Shown here piece after piece: positions 1-10,054 of a stretch of 24,535 nt of DNA (position 1 is its first letter; every line of letters begins with the position of its first letter). Both the position numbers and the translations under genes were made by a program. A model generated the notes under the pieces. The model saw only the letters and a list, made by a program, of their open reading frames with translations. It ran no database searches and had not been told where the DNA came from. The stretch comes from a virus (Duplodnaviria > Caudoviricetes). The stretch lies in the IMG/VR virus record IMGVR_UViG_3300020196_000232, positions 1 through 24,535 of that record, one strand, 5' to 3'.

Positions 1-3000
1 GATGGAAAATATGCTAAACTTTTCCCAATAATTGAGAATGGAGTTTTAGTTTCTGTTGATGTTATAGATTCTGGTTCTGGATATAATTCAAACAACACAG
101 AACTAACCGTAGTTACTAGTGGCAGTGGTTGTATTTTATCCCCCAATATTCAAAGATGGACGGTTAATACTTATAAAAAACATGAGGCTCAATTAACAAA
201 TCCAAATAATACGGATGATTTAATAATTGTTGAACCATTTAATAAAAATAATAACTTTAATCAAGCTGTATCAGTTACTGCTCCAAGATCATTAAGATAC
301 TTATTAAATGATAATATCAATTCTTCTTTAGTAGAAGTTGGAATTAATACCGTACATTCACCAATTATCGGATGGGCATATGATGGTAATCCAATTTATG
401 GTCCTTATGGATCTAAAAATCCAAAATCTATTTCTAATTTAACAGAAATAGAATCTAGCTATATTTTAGTATCAAAGTCAAATAGACCAAATTTCCCAGC
501 GGGATTTTTTGTTGAAGATTATGAGTATAGTGGTGATGGTGATTTAGACGAGTATAATGGAAGATATTGTATTACTCCTGAATTTCCAACTGGAATTTAT
601 GCTTATTTTGCAACAAGAAATAACTTCCCCTACATTTTAAATAATTTTAGAAGTGACGTTGATAAATTTAACTATGATTTTTCAAAATTACAAAATTATT
701 TGGAGATTTTAGAGACAGATATTTTAAGAAATACAACTCCTTATAAATTAACGGTTCCAGAAACAAATTATTTTGCAGCTCCTCAAGTTAAGTCTGAAAG
801 AGAAAAATCAGAGGTAGTTGCAGTATACACTGCTGGAATTTCATCTGTACGTGTATTGCTTCCTGGAGATAATTACAAAGTTGGAGATAATATTGTATTT
901 AACAATACTGACAGTTTTGGTAGAGGAGCTGGTGCAGAGATTTCTGAAATTTTAGGAAAAACCATTAATTCAGTTAGCTATGCGTCTACTACTTTTAGTG
1001 ATGTTGAATTTATTTACAATAATGATTTAGTAACTGGTATTACATCAATTCCTCACAAATTATCAAGTGGAGATGTAATCAACGTTTCAGGCATTAGCAC
1101 TTATGCATTTAAATCTTTTGAGGGAACATATAGAATAGGAGTTTCTTCAATTACCACTATTTTAGAAGTTGGTATTGGAACGACTGGTGTTACTGGTATG
1201 ACAACAGATGTTTCACTGCTAGAAAAATCATTTACTGACAGAATTAAAATTAATGATATTATTGGCATTAATAGTGAAAGATTTTTAATCTTAGATGCAA
1301 ATAGAATCACTGGTGCTTATAAAGTCTTAAGACAGTATGACTCAACTTCAGGCACTGCACATACAACTGGTAAAGAAGTTTCTTTAGATCAACGTTATTT
1401 TACATATAATGTATCTGGTTTTACTACAAATGCACCTTTAAGAGAAAATAAAACTAAGTATTTTGACCCACAAACATCAGTTGGTGTTGGAACTACAACC
1501 ACAAGAACATTAGTTGGATATGGTATATCTGCAATTTATAGCGGTGTTCAAACTGGACAAGGTTCTTACACACGTATCAATTTTGCAGCAAATCCTTTTA
1601 AAGTTGGGGATTATGTTCAAGTATCTGGTGGTTCGTTAAGTATTACTGAAGCTGCAGTTGTATCAGCATCATCTACATCAATTTTACTTGATCATAATAG
1701 CACGGCTGTGGTTGGTGTTGCTACTACTGGTATTGTTAGACTTAGAAAACTATACAATATTGAAGCAAGAAATATATTTTTACCTGGGCATGGATATGAG
1801 AATGGGCAAAAATTAAAGTACACTTTCATTGCTGGCGCTGGTTTAACATGTTCTTCAAATTCATCTTTAACGCCAACAATTACATTACAAAATAATCAAA
1901 TTGTTTATGCAGTTAAAGTTGATACTGATAATATTGGTATTGTTACCACGTTGGCGGGAATAGGTAGCACATCAACTAGATTATATTTTATTGGAATTTC
2001 AACTTTCAGAGGTAATCTACATGGTTTCACTGCTTTAAAAAATAATCTAACTGGAAGTATTACCAGAAATAGAGCCCAAATTATCACAAACGTAAATCAT
2101 GGTTTGCAAATTGATGATCAAATAAAATTAGATCTTGTTGCTAATAAGTCTGAGTCTGTAATTTTAAAATACAATGATACTAATGCAAAATTGATTATAA
2201 ATCCAGTAAGTTTTGGTTCAACTCAAGTTGGTGTTGGATCAACACTATCATATATTAATATACCATCACACAAATTAAATAGTGGTGATAAAGTTATTTA
2301 CGAAGCATCTACTCCAATTACTGCTTTAGTAAATCAAAGAGAATATTTTGTAATTAAATTAGATGATAATAATATTAAATTAGCAGAATCATATTACAAT
2401 GCTACAAGAACAAATTATATTGAATTGCCACTTAATTCTTCTGGTTCTGCAACACAAACGTTATCGCAAATAAATCCAAAGTTAAACTTTATTAGAAATA
2501 GTACAGTTGGTTTTGCAGTTTCGGATGCTTCTTTACAAAATTTAAAAATTGTATTCTACGATAGCGAAGACTTTACTAATCCAAACTATGAACAAAATGT
2601 AATTAGAGCTGGTTCCCCTGGAGATGGATCTGCAAATACAAAGGTTACTTTAATTATTGATGATACTATTCCAGACACAATTTACTATCGTGCAATTCCT
2701 GTTGGAATATCCAGTATCAATAATAATGCTTTAGGATTAACTGTAGACAGAGATAATCCAAACGCAGGAAAAATTACAATCCGCGATAGTGCGTATAAAG
2801 GAACATTTAATATTGTTTCGATTGGAAACAGCACTATTTTCTTTAATTTGAATGAATTGCCAGAAGCAAATTCATATACACCAAGCGGCGTTACTACGAC
2901 TTCATATGTGACAACATCAGCAACAGCAACTGGTGGTATATCTGATGTTAAGATTAATTTTGTTGGCGTTGGTTACAAATTTATTCCTGGAATTAGCACA

Positions 3001-6000
3001 ATTACCACAGATTCTGGTACAGGTGGTTTAGTTAGAGCATATTCTGACACCATTGGTAAAATTAAAACTATTAGTTTATCGCTTCCTGGATATAATTATC
3101 CTACTGACAAAACTATTTCTCCAAAGGCAGATACTCCTATTGTATTAAGAATTAAAAATAATAATAGATTAGCTTCCGTACAAGTTTTAAGTGGCGGAAG
3201 AAATTATACTACTCCACCTAAATTAAAAGTTATCGGGAACGATACTATTATTTTAGAATCAAAGATCACTGGCAATTCAGTAATATCTGTAACTATTTTA
3301 AATAATTCTGGGGGACTAACAGAAATTGGACCTGAAATTATTCCAATTTTTAATACCAATGGCGTTGCGGTAATAGATGGATATAGTAGCGGAACTGATG
3401 TGACTCTTCTTTTAAAAGCTCCCACCAATGGATTTACATCATTCCCGTTCCAGATTGGTGATAGTGTATTTGTTGAAGGTATTGTAGGTCTTGGAAGCAC
3501 AGGAACTATTGGTAGTGGATATAATTCGGAAAATTATGGGTATAGAAACTTCAATGTTACTCAAAGAGTTACTACTTTAGGCTCTGAAAGTATTACTTAT
3601 TCAATAGCTGGTATTGGTACAACTGCTGGAACGTTTGATGTTACTAATAGTGCTGGTAGAGTCATTAAAACTTCAGATTTAGCAGTATTTGATGCGATTG
3701 TAGAGCCTACAGATTTTTACAGTGAGGAAAAAGTACTAGTTAATCAAAGTTCTTCTAAAATTGGACTAAATGGTTGGGATAGAACTAGAAGAATTTTAAA
3801 AATTTCAGGTAAAGGCATCCATCCTTCATTGGGAGACATTGTTTCTGGTACTGTATCTGGTTCTGTTGGAGAAATTGAAGAAATTATTACAAATGATTCT
3901 AATTATAGCACAAATTCTACAATTACTTTAAATGCCTCTTCAACATGGCTAAGTGATTCTGGTATTTTAAATAATTCATTACAAAAAATTCAAGATAGTG
4001 ATTATTATCAAAACTTCTCATATTCAATTAAAAGTACCATTCCAAAATCAACTTGGGAAGAGCCAGTTAATAGTTTAGTACATGCAGTTGGATTTAAAAA
4101 CTTTAGTGATTTAGGGGTAAATAGCAAATCCTTGGCAGGGATTGCCAGAAGTGATAACTTAAGAGTATCTATTGGTTCTTCTGAAATTATTACCATCGTT
4201 GCCATTGATAATGTTGCATCAATGTATACAAGATTTGGATTTGATTTTGGCACAGAAGAAGCAACTTCCCTTGGAGTTTCCAAATTTGTAAATTTTGCAA
4301 ATAATAAACTTTCTGATTATTCTATCTGTAATACCAATAAAGTTTTAAAAGTTGACGATATTAGTTCCCAATTTACTGGTATTGGTAGTTTTGGCACTAC
4401 TGTTGGAGTAACATCATTCTCTTTAACAAGTCAAGGAAATACACTACTCAAAAAAACTTTTGATTCCACTAACTTATCTGTAGTTTCGGCTGGCAGCAGC
4501 ACCTTGTTCATTCCAGGGCATGATTTTAGTACGGGAGAAGAATTAGTATATAACCCAGGTCCAGGGGGATCATTTATTTCAATTGCATCTACAGATAGAA
4601 CAGTTGTTGGTGTTACTACAACAAAACTTCCAACTACAGTATTTGCATATAAAGTAAATTCAAATATTATTAAACTTTCTGGCATTAAAACCGATGCAAC
4701 TACCAATAATATCTTTTTTACCTTTGCAGCTTTTTCTGGCGTAGGCTCTACAGTTGGTGCTGGTCAAACTCACAGATTATCAACTAACTTTAATGTGGCA
4801 AATACCCGTGCAGTAATTACAATTGATAATATAATTCAAAGTCCTCTGTATAGAAAGAAAGTTTCAACAGCATTAGCTGGTAGTATTGGAGCTGCAGCAA
4901 CAACTATCACATTAACTGGCATTACTTCAATTGCTACAAATACATTACTCCAAGTTGATTCAGAAATACTACAAGCCAATGTAGTTGGATTTGGCTCTAC
5001 AAACGTTGTTACAGTTTTTAGAGGTATTTTTGGCACTCCACAAACAACTCACACTGTAGGGGCTGCTGTAACTGTATTGGGTGGTGATTATAGCATCAAT
5101 GATGGTACTATTTACTTTGTAGCTCCACCATACGGACCAGTTGGTGTTAGCCCTCTACAACCTGGAATTTCTACAAACTCTTCATTTACTGGTAGAATAT
5201 TCTATAGACTTAACTATAAAGAAAACTTTATTTTTGATGATATTTCTAACGATTTTAACGGTTCTAAAAAAGTATTTACATTACAACAAAATAATCAAGA
5301 CGTAACTGGCATTATCACTGGTGGAAATTCAAATTATGGCATAGTTCTTATTAATAATATCAATCAACAACCAACTATTGACTATACAATTTCTCAAAGA
5401 GTTTCTCCTGGCATTGGAGCATCAATTACGTTTACTGGAACTGATGCTGAATCTATCCCTAGAGGTGGAGTTATTGATAGAGTTGTAGCTGGTTTTGGAT
5501 CTGGTTATCAACCATTAGAGCAAGCTTTTGCAGTTTGCTCAGTATCAGCTGGCGGAACAATTCAATCTGTTGCAATTACTACTTCAGGTTCTGGATATAG
5601 AAGTGCTCCAATCGTTAGTATTGCAAGCACTGTTGGTGGAAGTAGTGGATCTATTACTGCCACAGTTACAAATGGCGTTATTAGTGGATTAACCATTGCT
5701 AATGGTGGTTCTGGATATAGTCAGGCAAGCCCTCCAATTATAACTGTGGGTGTTCCTACAGCATATGCCAATTTAAATCTTATTGGAGGCTCTGGAAGTG
5801 GTGCTAAAATTAATGTGCAGGTTGGTGTAGGAAGAAGTGTGATACTATTTGATATCATTAATAGAGGGTATGGCTACAAACCAAATGATGTTCTAACAAT
5901 TACTGGTGTTCCAGTAGTAACTGGAATTGGAACCAGTGCATTTACTCTTAGAGTATCTGATGTTATTACAAACGAATTTTCAGGATGGAGTTTTGGATTA

Positions 6001-8388
6001 TTAGACAGACTTGATGATATTTCACAGTCTTTCAATGGGGTAAGAAAGACTTTTGGATTAACTAAAACTGTAATTACTTCAAATCCATATAGCATTGATT
6101 CTGGAGCTGGTTCTGGAATTGATGTAGCTAATAATCTTTTAATCTTCATTAATGATATTCTTCAGCAGCCTGGAAGAGATTATATCTTTACTGGTGGAAC
6201 ACAAATTACATTTACAGAAGCTCCTCCATCAGGAAGCAAATTCCAACTATTATTCTATAAAGGTTCTGATGCAGATGTAATTGATGTAGACATCAGTAGT
6301 GAAACTATTAAAGTTGGCGATTTTATTAAATTAAATAAAAACCTTCCATTTCCAGATCAGTTTAATAGAATTGTTGAAGAAATTACTAAGAGAGATCAAG
6401 TTCAAACTAATAATTATTTTGACATTGGTATTTCGACATCACCAGAAATTAGAAGAATTGTTGATTGGACTAAACAAACATCAGATTTAGTTATCAATAA
6501 TGAAGTTATATCTAAATCTAGAACAAATTATGTTTCTAGAATTAAACCAACTTCTAGAATTATTAAAAATATTCTTGCAAGTGATTCGACAATTTATGTT
6601 GAAAATGCATTCCCATTCTTCAGACAATTAGACAATTTCTTACAAGAAGATAATGAAATTTTAATTGTTGATGAAGTAGATGTTGCCGCAGCAACGGGCT
6701 CTGCAACTGTATCCGCTGCGAGCACAGTTGAAAATGTATCTTTAACATTTGCTGGATACGGTTATACAACTTCTGCAGCTCCTCTTGTTAGTGTAGCATC
6801 AACAATTGCACAAATAAGAGAAATAGGGAAAACTTGGACAGTTGGTATTATAACATCCACAGGACTTTCTTATAAAGATTTAGTATATGGTAAAGGATTG
6901 TTTGTAGCAGTTAGTGATGCTGGATTTATTTCAACATCAACAAACTTAACTTCATGGTCAACATATAATGAAGAACCATCTAACTTTACCGCAATTGGTT
7001 TTGGTAGTGATAAATTTGCTATTGTTGGTGATAATGCAGCGGCAGTAGTTTCTTCATTAGGATCTCAAGGATCTTGGTTTGATTCGCCAGTATTCTATAG
7101 TAGAACTTATAATGGTATTAATTTCTCATATATTCTAGTTCCATCATTTACTAGAGATTTAAAGGACGTTGTATATGGTAATGATGTCTTTATTGCTGTA
7201 GGAACTGGCGGAACATCTATTGTTTCAGCTTATGGTTCTAGTGGTATTGGCACTGCTTGGGTTGTTAGGAGCACTCCAATTACTAATACATTAAACTCAA
7301 TTACATATGCAAATGGTGGATTTGTTGCTGTTGGTAATGGTGGTAGAATAGTCACCACAGTTGATGGTTATACTTGGAACGAGGTTCCATCTTCGGCTTC
7401 AGTTACAACACAAAACTTAATGGCAGTTTCTTATGTAAATGATACGTATATCGCTGTTGGTATGAATGGAACTATCATTTATTCTTATAATGCAGATATT
7501 TGGTTTACTGCAACTTCTAATACAAGTGTTGAACTATATTCAATAATTTATACCGATGGCGTTTATGTCATAACAGGAGAAAATGGATTAGTATTAAATT
7601 CAATTGACGGAATAAACTGGAATAAACGACTTGCTGCAATTACTACAAATATTAATAAAATTATTTCTTATCCATCTGGTATTATTGGTGTTGGGACTGG
7701 AGCAAGTTATGCTTATTCTGCTCCAGAAAAAAATAGAGCACAATTTACTTCAACGGTTTCTGCTGCTGGAACAATTTCAGCGTTAACAATTGTTGATGGT
7801 GGATTTGGTTACAATCCATCAGCTCCTGTTCAGGTTTTAATTTCACCACCATCTACAAAATATGAGATTATTTCTAATGTAGATGCTGTTGGTGATTTTG
7901 GTGTTATTACTGGAATTGGAACTAGTGCTACAGGTGTAAGCACAACATCGCCAATGCTTAAATTTAATTTTGATTGTGACAATAGATTAAATGTTACCAA
8001 ATTTGGATTCATTGCTAGAAGTGGGATATCAACTGGCGATTACTTCATTATTAAAAATTCATGTGTTGGAAATGGAGTTACTTCATTAGATAATGGAGCT
8101 ACTTTAGGTATTGGATCTACTTTTGTAGATAATGTTTATCGCGCAGATGGCATTATTAATGATGGTGTTTCTGGCATTGTCACTGTATTTTCAAATGTTC
8201 AATCAATTTCAGGAATAGGTTCTACATCTTTTGCAAATTGTGCTGAATATTCTTGGGGTAAACTATACAACTTTAACACTAGGACTAATCCAAAAGAATT
8301 TAAATTAAACTTAAGTCGTGGAATGACAGGAGTATCAACCGCTCCAGTTATTACAAGAATAAACGCTTTAAAAGAAGAGTTTACATAA
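1..8388 (+). CDS. gp7: Baseplate wedge initiator gp7-like giant protein, 5'-truncated (>2795 aa in window)
   Basis: Frame 1 has no stop from base 1 (DGKYAKLFPIIENGVLVSVDVIDSGSGY...) to TAA 8386-8388, so the TTG at 700 is not the real start. Contains cyanophage gp7-type motifs (LQKIQDSDYYQNFSYSIKSTIPKSTWEEPVNSLVHAVGFKNFSD, NKVLKVDDISSQFTG, C-terminal YSWGKL) and lies directly upstream of gp8. Confidence 0.85.
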   Translation, partial: DGKYAKLFPIIENGVLVSVDVIDSGSGYNSNNTELTVVTSGSGCILSPNIQRWTVNTYKKHEAQLTNPNNTDDLIIVEPFNKNNNFNQAVSVTAPRSLRYLLNDNINSSLVEVGINTVHSPIIGWAYDGNPIYGPYGSKNPKSISNLTEIESSYILVSKSNRPNFPAGFFVEDYEYSGDGDLDEYNGRYCITPEFPTGIYAYFATRNNFPYILNNFRSDVDKFNYDFSKLQNYLEILETDILRNTTPYKLTVPETNYFAAPQVKSEREKSEVVAVYTAGISSVRVLLPGDNYKVGDNIVFNNTDSFGRGAGAEISEILGKTINSVSYASTTFSDVEFIYNNDLVTGITSIPHKLSSGDVINVSGISTYAFKSFEGTYRIGVSSITTILEVGIGTTGVTGMTTDVSLLEKSFTDRIKINDIIGINSERFLILDANRITGAYKVLRQYDSTSGTAHTTGKEVSLDQRYFTYNVSGFTTNAPLRENKTKYFDPQTSVGVGTTTTRTLVGYGISAIYSGVQTGQGSYTRINFAANPFKVGDYVQVSGGSLSITEAAVVSASSTSILLDHNSTAVVGVATTGIVRLRKLYNIEARNIFLPGHGYENGQKLKYTFIAGAGLTCSSNSSLTPTITLQNNQIVYAVKVDTDNIGIVTTLAGIGSTSTRLYFIGISTFRGNLHGFTALKNNLTGSITRNRAQIITNVNHGLQIDDQIKLDLVANKSESVILKYNDTNAKLIINPVSFGSTQVGVGSTLSYINIPSHKLNSGDKVIYEASTPITALVNQREYFVIKLDDNNIKLAESYYNATRTNYIELPLNSSGSATQTLSQINPKLNFIRNSTVGFAVSDASLQNLKIVFYDSEDFTNPNYEQNVIRAGSPGDGSANTKVTLIIDDTIPDTIYYRAIPVGISSINNNALGLTVDRDNPNAGKITIRDSAYKGTFNIVSIGNSTIFFNLNELPEANSYTPSGVTTTSYVTTSATATGGISDVKINFVGVGYKFIPGISTITTDSGTGGLVRAYSDTIGKIKTISLSLPGYNYPTDKTISPKADTPIVLRIKNNNRLASVQVLSGGRNYTTPPKLKVIGNDTIILESKITGNSVISVTILNNSGGLTEIGPEIIPIFNTNGVAVIDGYSSGTDVTLLLKAPTNGFTSFPFQIGDSVFVEGIVGLGSTGTIGSGYNSENYGYRNFNVTQRVTTLGSESITYSIAGIGTTAGTFDVTNSAGRVIKTSDLAVFDAIVEPTDFYSEEKVLVNQSSSKIGLNGWDRTRRILKISGKGIHPSLGDIVSGTVSGSVGEIEEIITNDSNYSTNSTITLNASSTWLSDSGILNNSLQKIQDSDYYQNFSYSIKSTIPKSTWEEPVNSLVHAVGFKNFSDLGVNSKSLAGIARSDNLRVSIGSSEIITIVAIDNVASMYTRFGFDFGTEEATSLGVSKFVNFANNKLSDYSICNTNKVLKVDDISSQFTGIGSFGTTVGVTSFSLTSQGNTLLKKTFDSTNLSVVSAGSSTLFIPGHDFSTGEELVYNPGPGGSFISIASTDRTVVGVTTTKLPTTVFAYKVNSNIIKLSGIKTDATTNNIFFTFAAFSGVGSTVGAGQTHRLSTNFNVANTRAVITIDNIIQSPLYRKKVSTALAGSIGAAATTITLTGITSIATNTLLQVDSEILQANVVGFGSTNVVTVFRGIFGTPQTTHTVGAAVTVLGGDYSINDGTIYFVAPPYGPVGVSPLQPGISTNSSFTGRIFYRLNYKENFIFDDISNDFNGSKKVFTLQQNNQDVTGIITGGNSNYGIVLINNINQQPTIDYTISQRVSPGIGASITFTGTDAESIPRGGVIDRVVAGFGSGYQPLEQAFAVCSVSAGGTIQSVAITTSGSGYRSAPIVSIASTVGGSSGSITATVTNGVISGLTIANGGSGYSQASPPIITVGVPTAYANLNLIGGSGSGAKINVQVGVGRSVILFDIINRGYGYKPNDVLTITGVPVVTGIGTSAFTLRVSDVITNEFSGWSFGLLDRLDDISQSFNGVRKTFGLTKTVITSNPYSIDSGAGSGIDVANNLLIFINDILQQPGRDYIFTGGTQITFTEAPPSGSKFQLLFYKGSDADVIDVDISSETIKVGDFIKLNKNLPFPDQFNRIVEEITKRDQVQTNNYFDIGISTSPEIRRIVDWTKQTSDLVINNEVISKSRTNYVSRIKPTSRIIKNILASDSTIYVENAFPFFRQLDNFLQEDNEILIVDEVDVAAATGSATVSAASTVENVSLTFAGYGYTTSAAPLVSVASTIAQIREIGKTWTVGIITSTGLSYKDLVYGKGLFVAVSDAGFISTSTNLTSWSTYNEEPSNFTAIGFGSDKFAIVGDNAAAVVSSLGSQGSWFDSPVFYSRTYNGINFSYILVPSFTRDLKDVVYGNDVFIAVGTGGTSIVSAYGSSGIGTAWVVRSTPITNTLNSITYANGGFVAVGNGGRIVTTVDGYTWNEVPSSASVTTQNLMAVSYVNDTYIAVGMNGTIIYSYNADIWFTATSNTSVELYSIIYTDGVYVITGENGLVLNSIDGINWNKRLAAITTNINKIISYPSGIIGVGTGASYAYSAPEKNRAQFTSTVSAAGTISALTIVDGGFGYNPSAPVQVLISPPSTKYEIISNVDAVGDFGVITGIGTSATGVSTTSPMLKFNFDCDNRLNVTKFGFIARSGISTGDYFIIKNSCVGNGVTSLDNGATLGIGSTFVDNVYRADGIINDGVSGIVTVFSNVQSISGIGSTSFANCAEYSWGKLYNFNTRTNPKEFKLNLSRGMTGVSTAPVITRINALKEEFT
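355..636 (+). other. YHYH-like domain within gp7
   Basis: HSPIIGWAYDGNPIYGPYG...GDLDEYNGRYCITPEFPTGIYAYFAT...FPYI matches the YHYH family pattern (HSP-x-x-G-x-A-x-DG-x-PIYG, DLD-x-x-NG), with YAYF at the YHYH position. Confidence 0.7.
6826..7728 (+). repeat. Seven-bladed BNR/Asp-box-type beta-propeller inside gp7
   Basis: Seven repeats, mostly ~40 aa, of pattern L-x-x-(I/V)-x-Y-x-x-G-x-(F/Y)-(V/I)-A-V-G-x-x-G-x-I-x-x-S-x-D-G-x-x-W, e.g. LNSITYANGGFVAVGNGGRIVTTVDGYTW and LYSIIYTDGVYVITGENGLVLNSIDGINW. Confidence 0.8.
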
Positions 8389-8391
8389 CGA

Positions 8392-8399
8392 GATAAATA
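8392..8399 (+). promoter_or_regulatory. T4-like late promoter (NATAAATA)
   Basis: GATAAATA in the 30-bp gap between gp7 and gp8, about 20 nt upstream of the gp8 ATG; matches the gp55-dependent late consensus. Confidence 0.7.
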
Positions 8400-8418
8400 A
8401 CTAAAAAACTATAAAAAT

Positions 8419-10050
8419 ATGGCAGCTATTATTACTGATCAATTTAGAATATTGAATGCTGATACTTTTGTAAAAAGTTTTACGGGCATTGGCACGACTA
8501 CTAATGTCTACTATACTTTTATAGGATTACCAAATTCAACTGATACAACAACAGGATCTGGTACTTCTGATTGGAATACAAATGTTCCCAATCCAAAAGA
8601 TATGTTTAGGGAACAAAATGATTATTATGACACTATGATTGCTATGAAGAGAATTACCTCTTCAGATTTGAGAAGAATGGTTAGAAAGGTAGAATGGGTT
8701 GCTGGCACAACCTACGATATGTACAGAAATAATTATAGTTATTCAAATCCAGCACCAGTTACGAATGCTACTTCATTATACGATGCAAACTATTATATTG
8801 TCAATACTAATTTTAAAGTTTATGTATGTTTGAATAATGGTTCTTCTCCTGATTTTCCTTCAGGAAAACCTTCAATTGATGAACCTGATTTTACAGATTT
8901 AGAGCCAAGAGCTGCTGGTACTAGTGGAGATGGTTATATTTGGAAATATATGTATACTATTTCCCCAAGTGATATTGTAAAATTTGATTCAATTGATTAT
9001 ATTCCAGTTCCATCAGATTGGGGATCAGGTACAACTGCAGAAATTAAAAGTAATGCAATAGACGGTGAAATCAAAACTGTAATCATCAGTAGTGCTGGTG
9101 CAGGATATCAACCTATCGGAACATCATTTAAAAATGTACCTATTTTAGGTGATGGCACTGGAGCAAAGGTAACTGTTACAGTTGATAACTCTGGAAAAGT
9201 ATCCAATGTAGAAGTAACTAATGGTGGAACGGGATATACTAGAGGTAGAATTGAATTTTACCCTGGAGCACCTGGATCTGAGATTGGAGGATCAATTTCA
9301 GGATTAAGTGCTGTTGGAACTGGAACAACTTCGGTTTCATCTTTTGAAGTTGTTATTCCGCCAGTTGGAGGTCATGGATATGATGTTTATAAGGAGCTTG
9401 GAGCTTATCGTGTATTAGTTTACTCTCGCTTTGAAACTACATCAACAAATCCAGACTTTATTGTTGGTAACGATTTTGCTAGAGTTGGTGTAGTTAAAAA
9501 TCCAACAGTATATGGAAGCAAAACACAACTTTTAACTACATCAGAAGTTAGTGCAATTGGTGGATTAAAACTAAAAAGCTTAACTGGTGGAAACATTAGT
9601 GATACCACATATTCAGTTGATTCGGTTATTAGTCAAGTTACAGGTATTGGTTCCACAGCTGCTGGTCTTGTAGCATCTTGGGATAACTCTACTGGTGTTC
9701 TTAAGTATTACCAACCAGTTGGATTAGGTTTATCTGCATATGGTTTTAGAACACCATATTTTACAAGCACCATTGGTTATGGTGGAACTTATATTGTAAG
9801 TGGTGCTAGTGTAGGATCCAATTTGGGTATTGATACTAGCTTTGGTAGTTCTGCAAATCCAGGAACTGCAACTACAATTGGTTCTGGTGCAAATACTAGA
9901 TTGGTTCCTCTTGGATTGAGATTTATTGATGGTGTTGCTCCGCCCGAAGTTGAAAAATACTCTGGAGAAGTGATCTATATAGATAACAGAGCAGCTATTC
10001 CAAGATCTTCTACCCAAAAAGAAGACATTAAAATTGTATTAGAATTCTAA
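8419..10050 (+). CDS. gp8: Baseplate wedge subunit gp8
   Basis: 543 aa; MAAIITDQFRILNA start, W-x-x-GTTYDMYR, YYIVNTNFKVYVCLNN, DGYIWKYMYTI, and C-terminal SGEVIYIDNRAAIPRSSTQKEDIKIVLEF are gp8 hallmarks. Confidence 0.93.
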   Translation: MAAIITDQFRILNADTFVKSFTGIGTTTNVYYTFIGLPNSTDTTTGSGTSDWNTNVPNPKDMFREQNDYYDTMIAMKRITSSDLRRMVRKVEWVAGTTYDMYRNNYSYSNPAPVTNATSLYDANYYIVNTNFKVYVCLNNGSSPDFPSGKPSIDEPDFTDLEPRAAGTSGDGYIWKYMYTISPSDIVKFDSIDYIPVPSDWGSGTTAEIKSNAIDGEIKTVIISSAGAGYQPIGTSFKNVPILGDGTGAKVTVTVDNSGKVSNVEVTNGGTGYTRGRIEFYPGAPGSEIGGSISGLSAVGTGTTSVSSFEVVIPPVGGHGYDVYKELGAYRVLVYSRFETTSTNPDFIVGNDFARVGVVKNPTVYGSKTQLLTTSEVSAIGGLKLKSLTGGNISDTTYSVDSVISQVTGIGSTAAGLVASWDNSTGVLKYYQPVGLGLSAYGFRTPYFTSTIGYGGTYIVSGASVGSNLGIDTSFGSSANPGTATTIGSGANTRLVPLGLRFIDGVAPPEVEKYSGEVIYIDNRAAIPRSSTQKEDIKIVLEF

Positions 10051-10054
10051 GAAG

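Noticed and set aside
700-702. TTG start given for the first ORF
   Set aside because: The frame is open and protein-like from base 1; the true start lies upstream of the window.
6826-7728. Photosystem II assembly factor Ycf48/Hcf136 as an auxiliary metabolic gene
   Set aside because: The similarity is only the generic BNR propeller repeat, and it is an internal domain of a baseplate protein.
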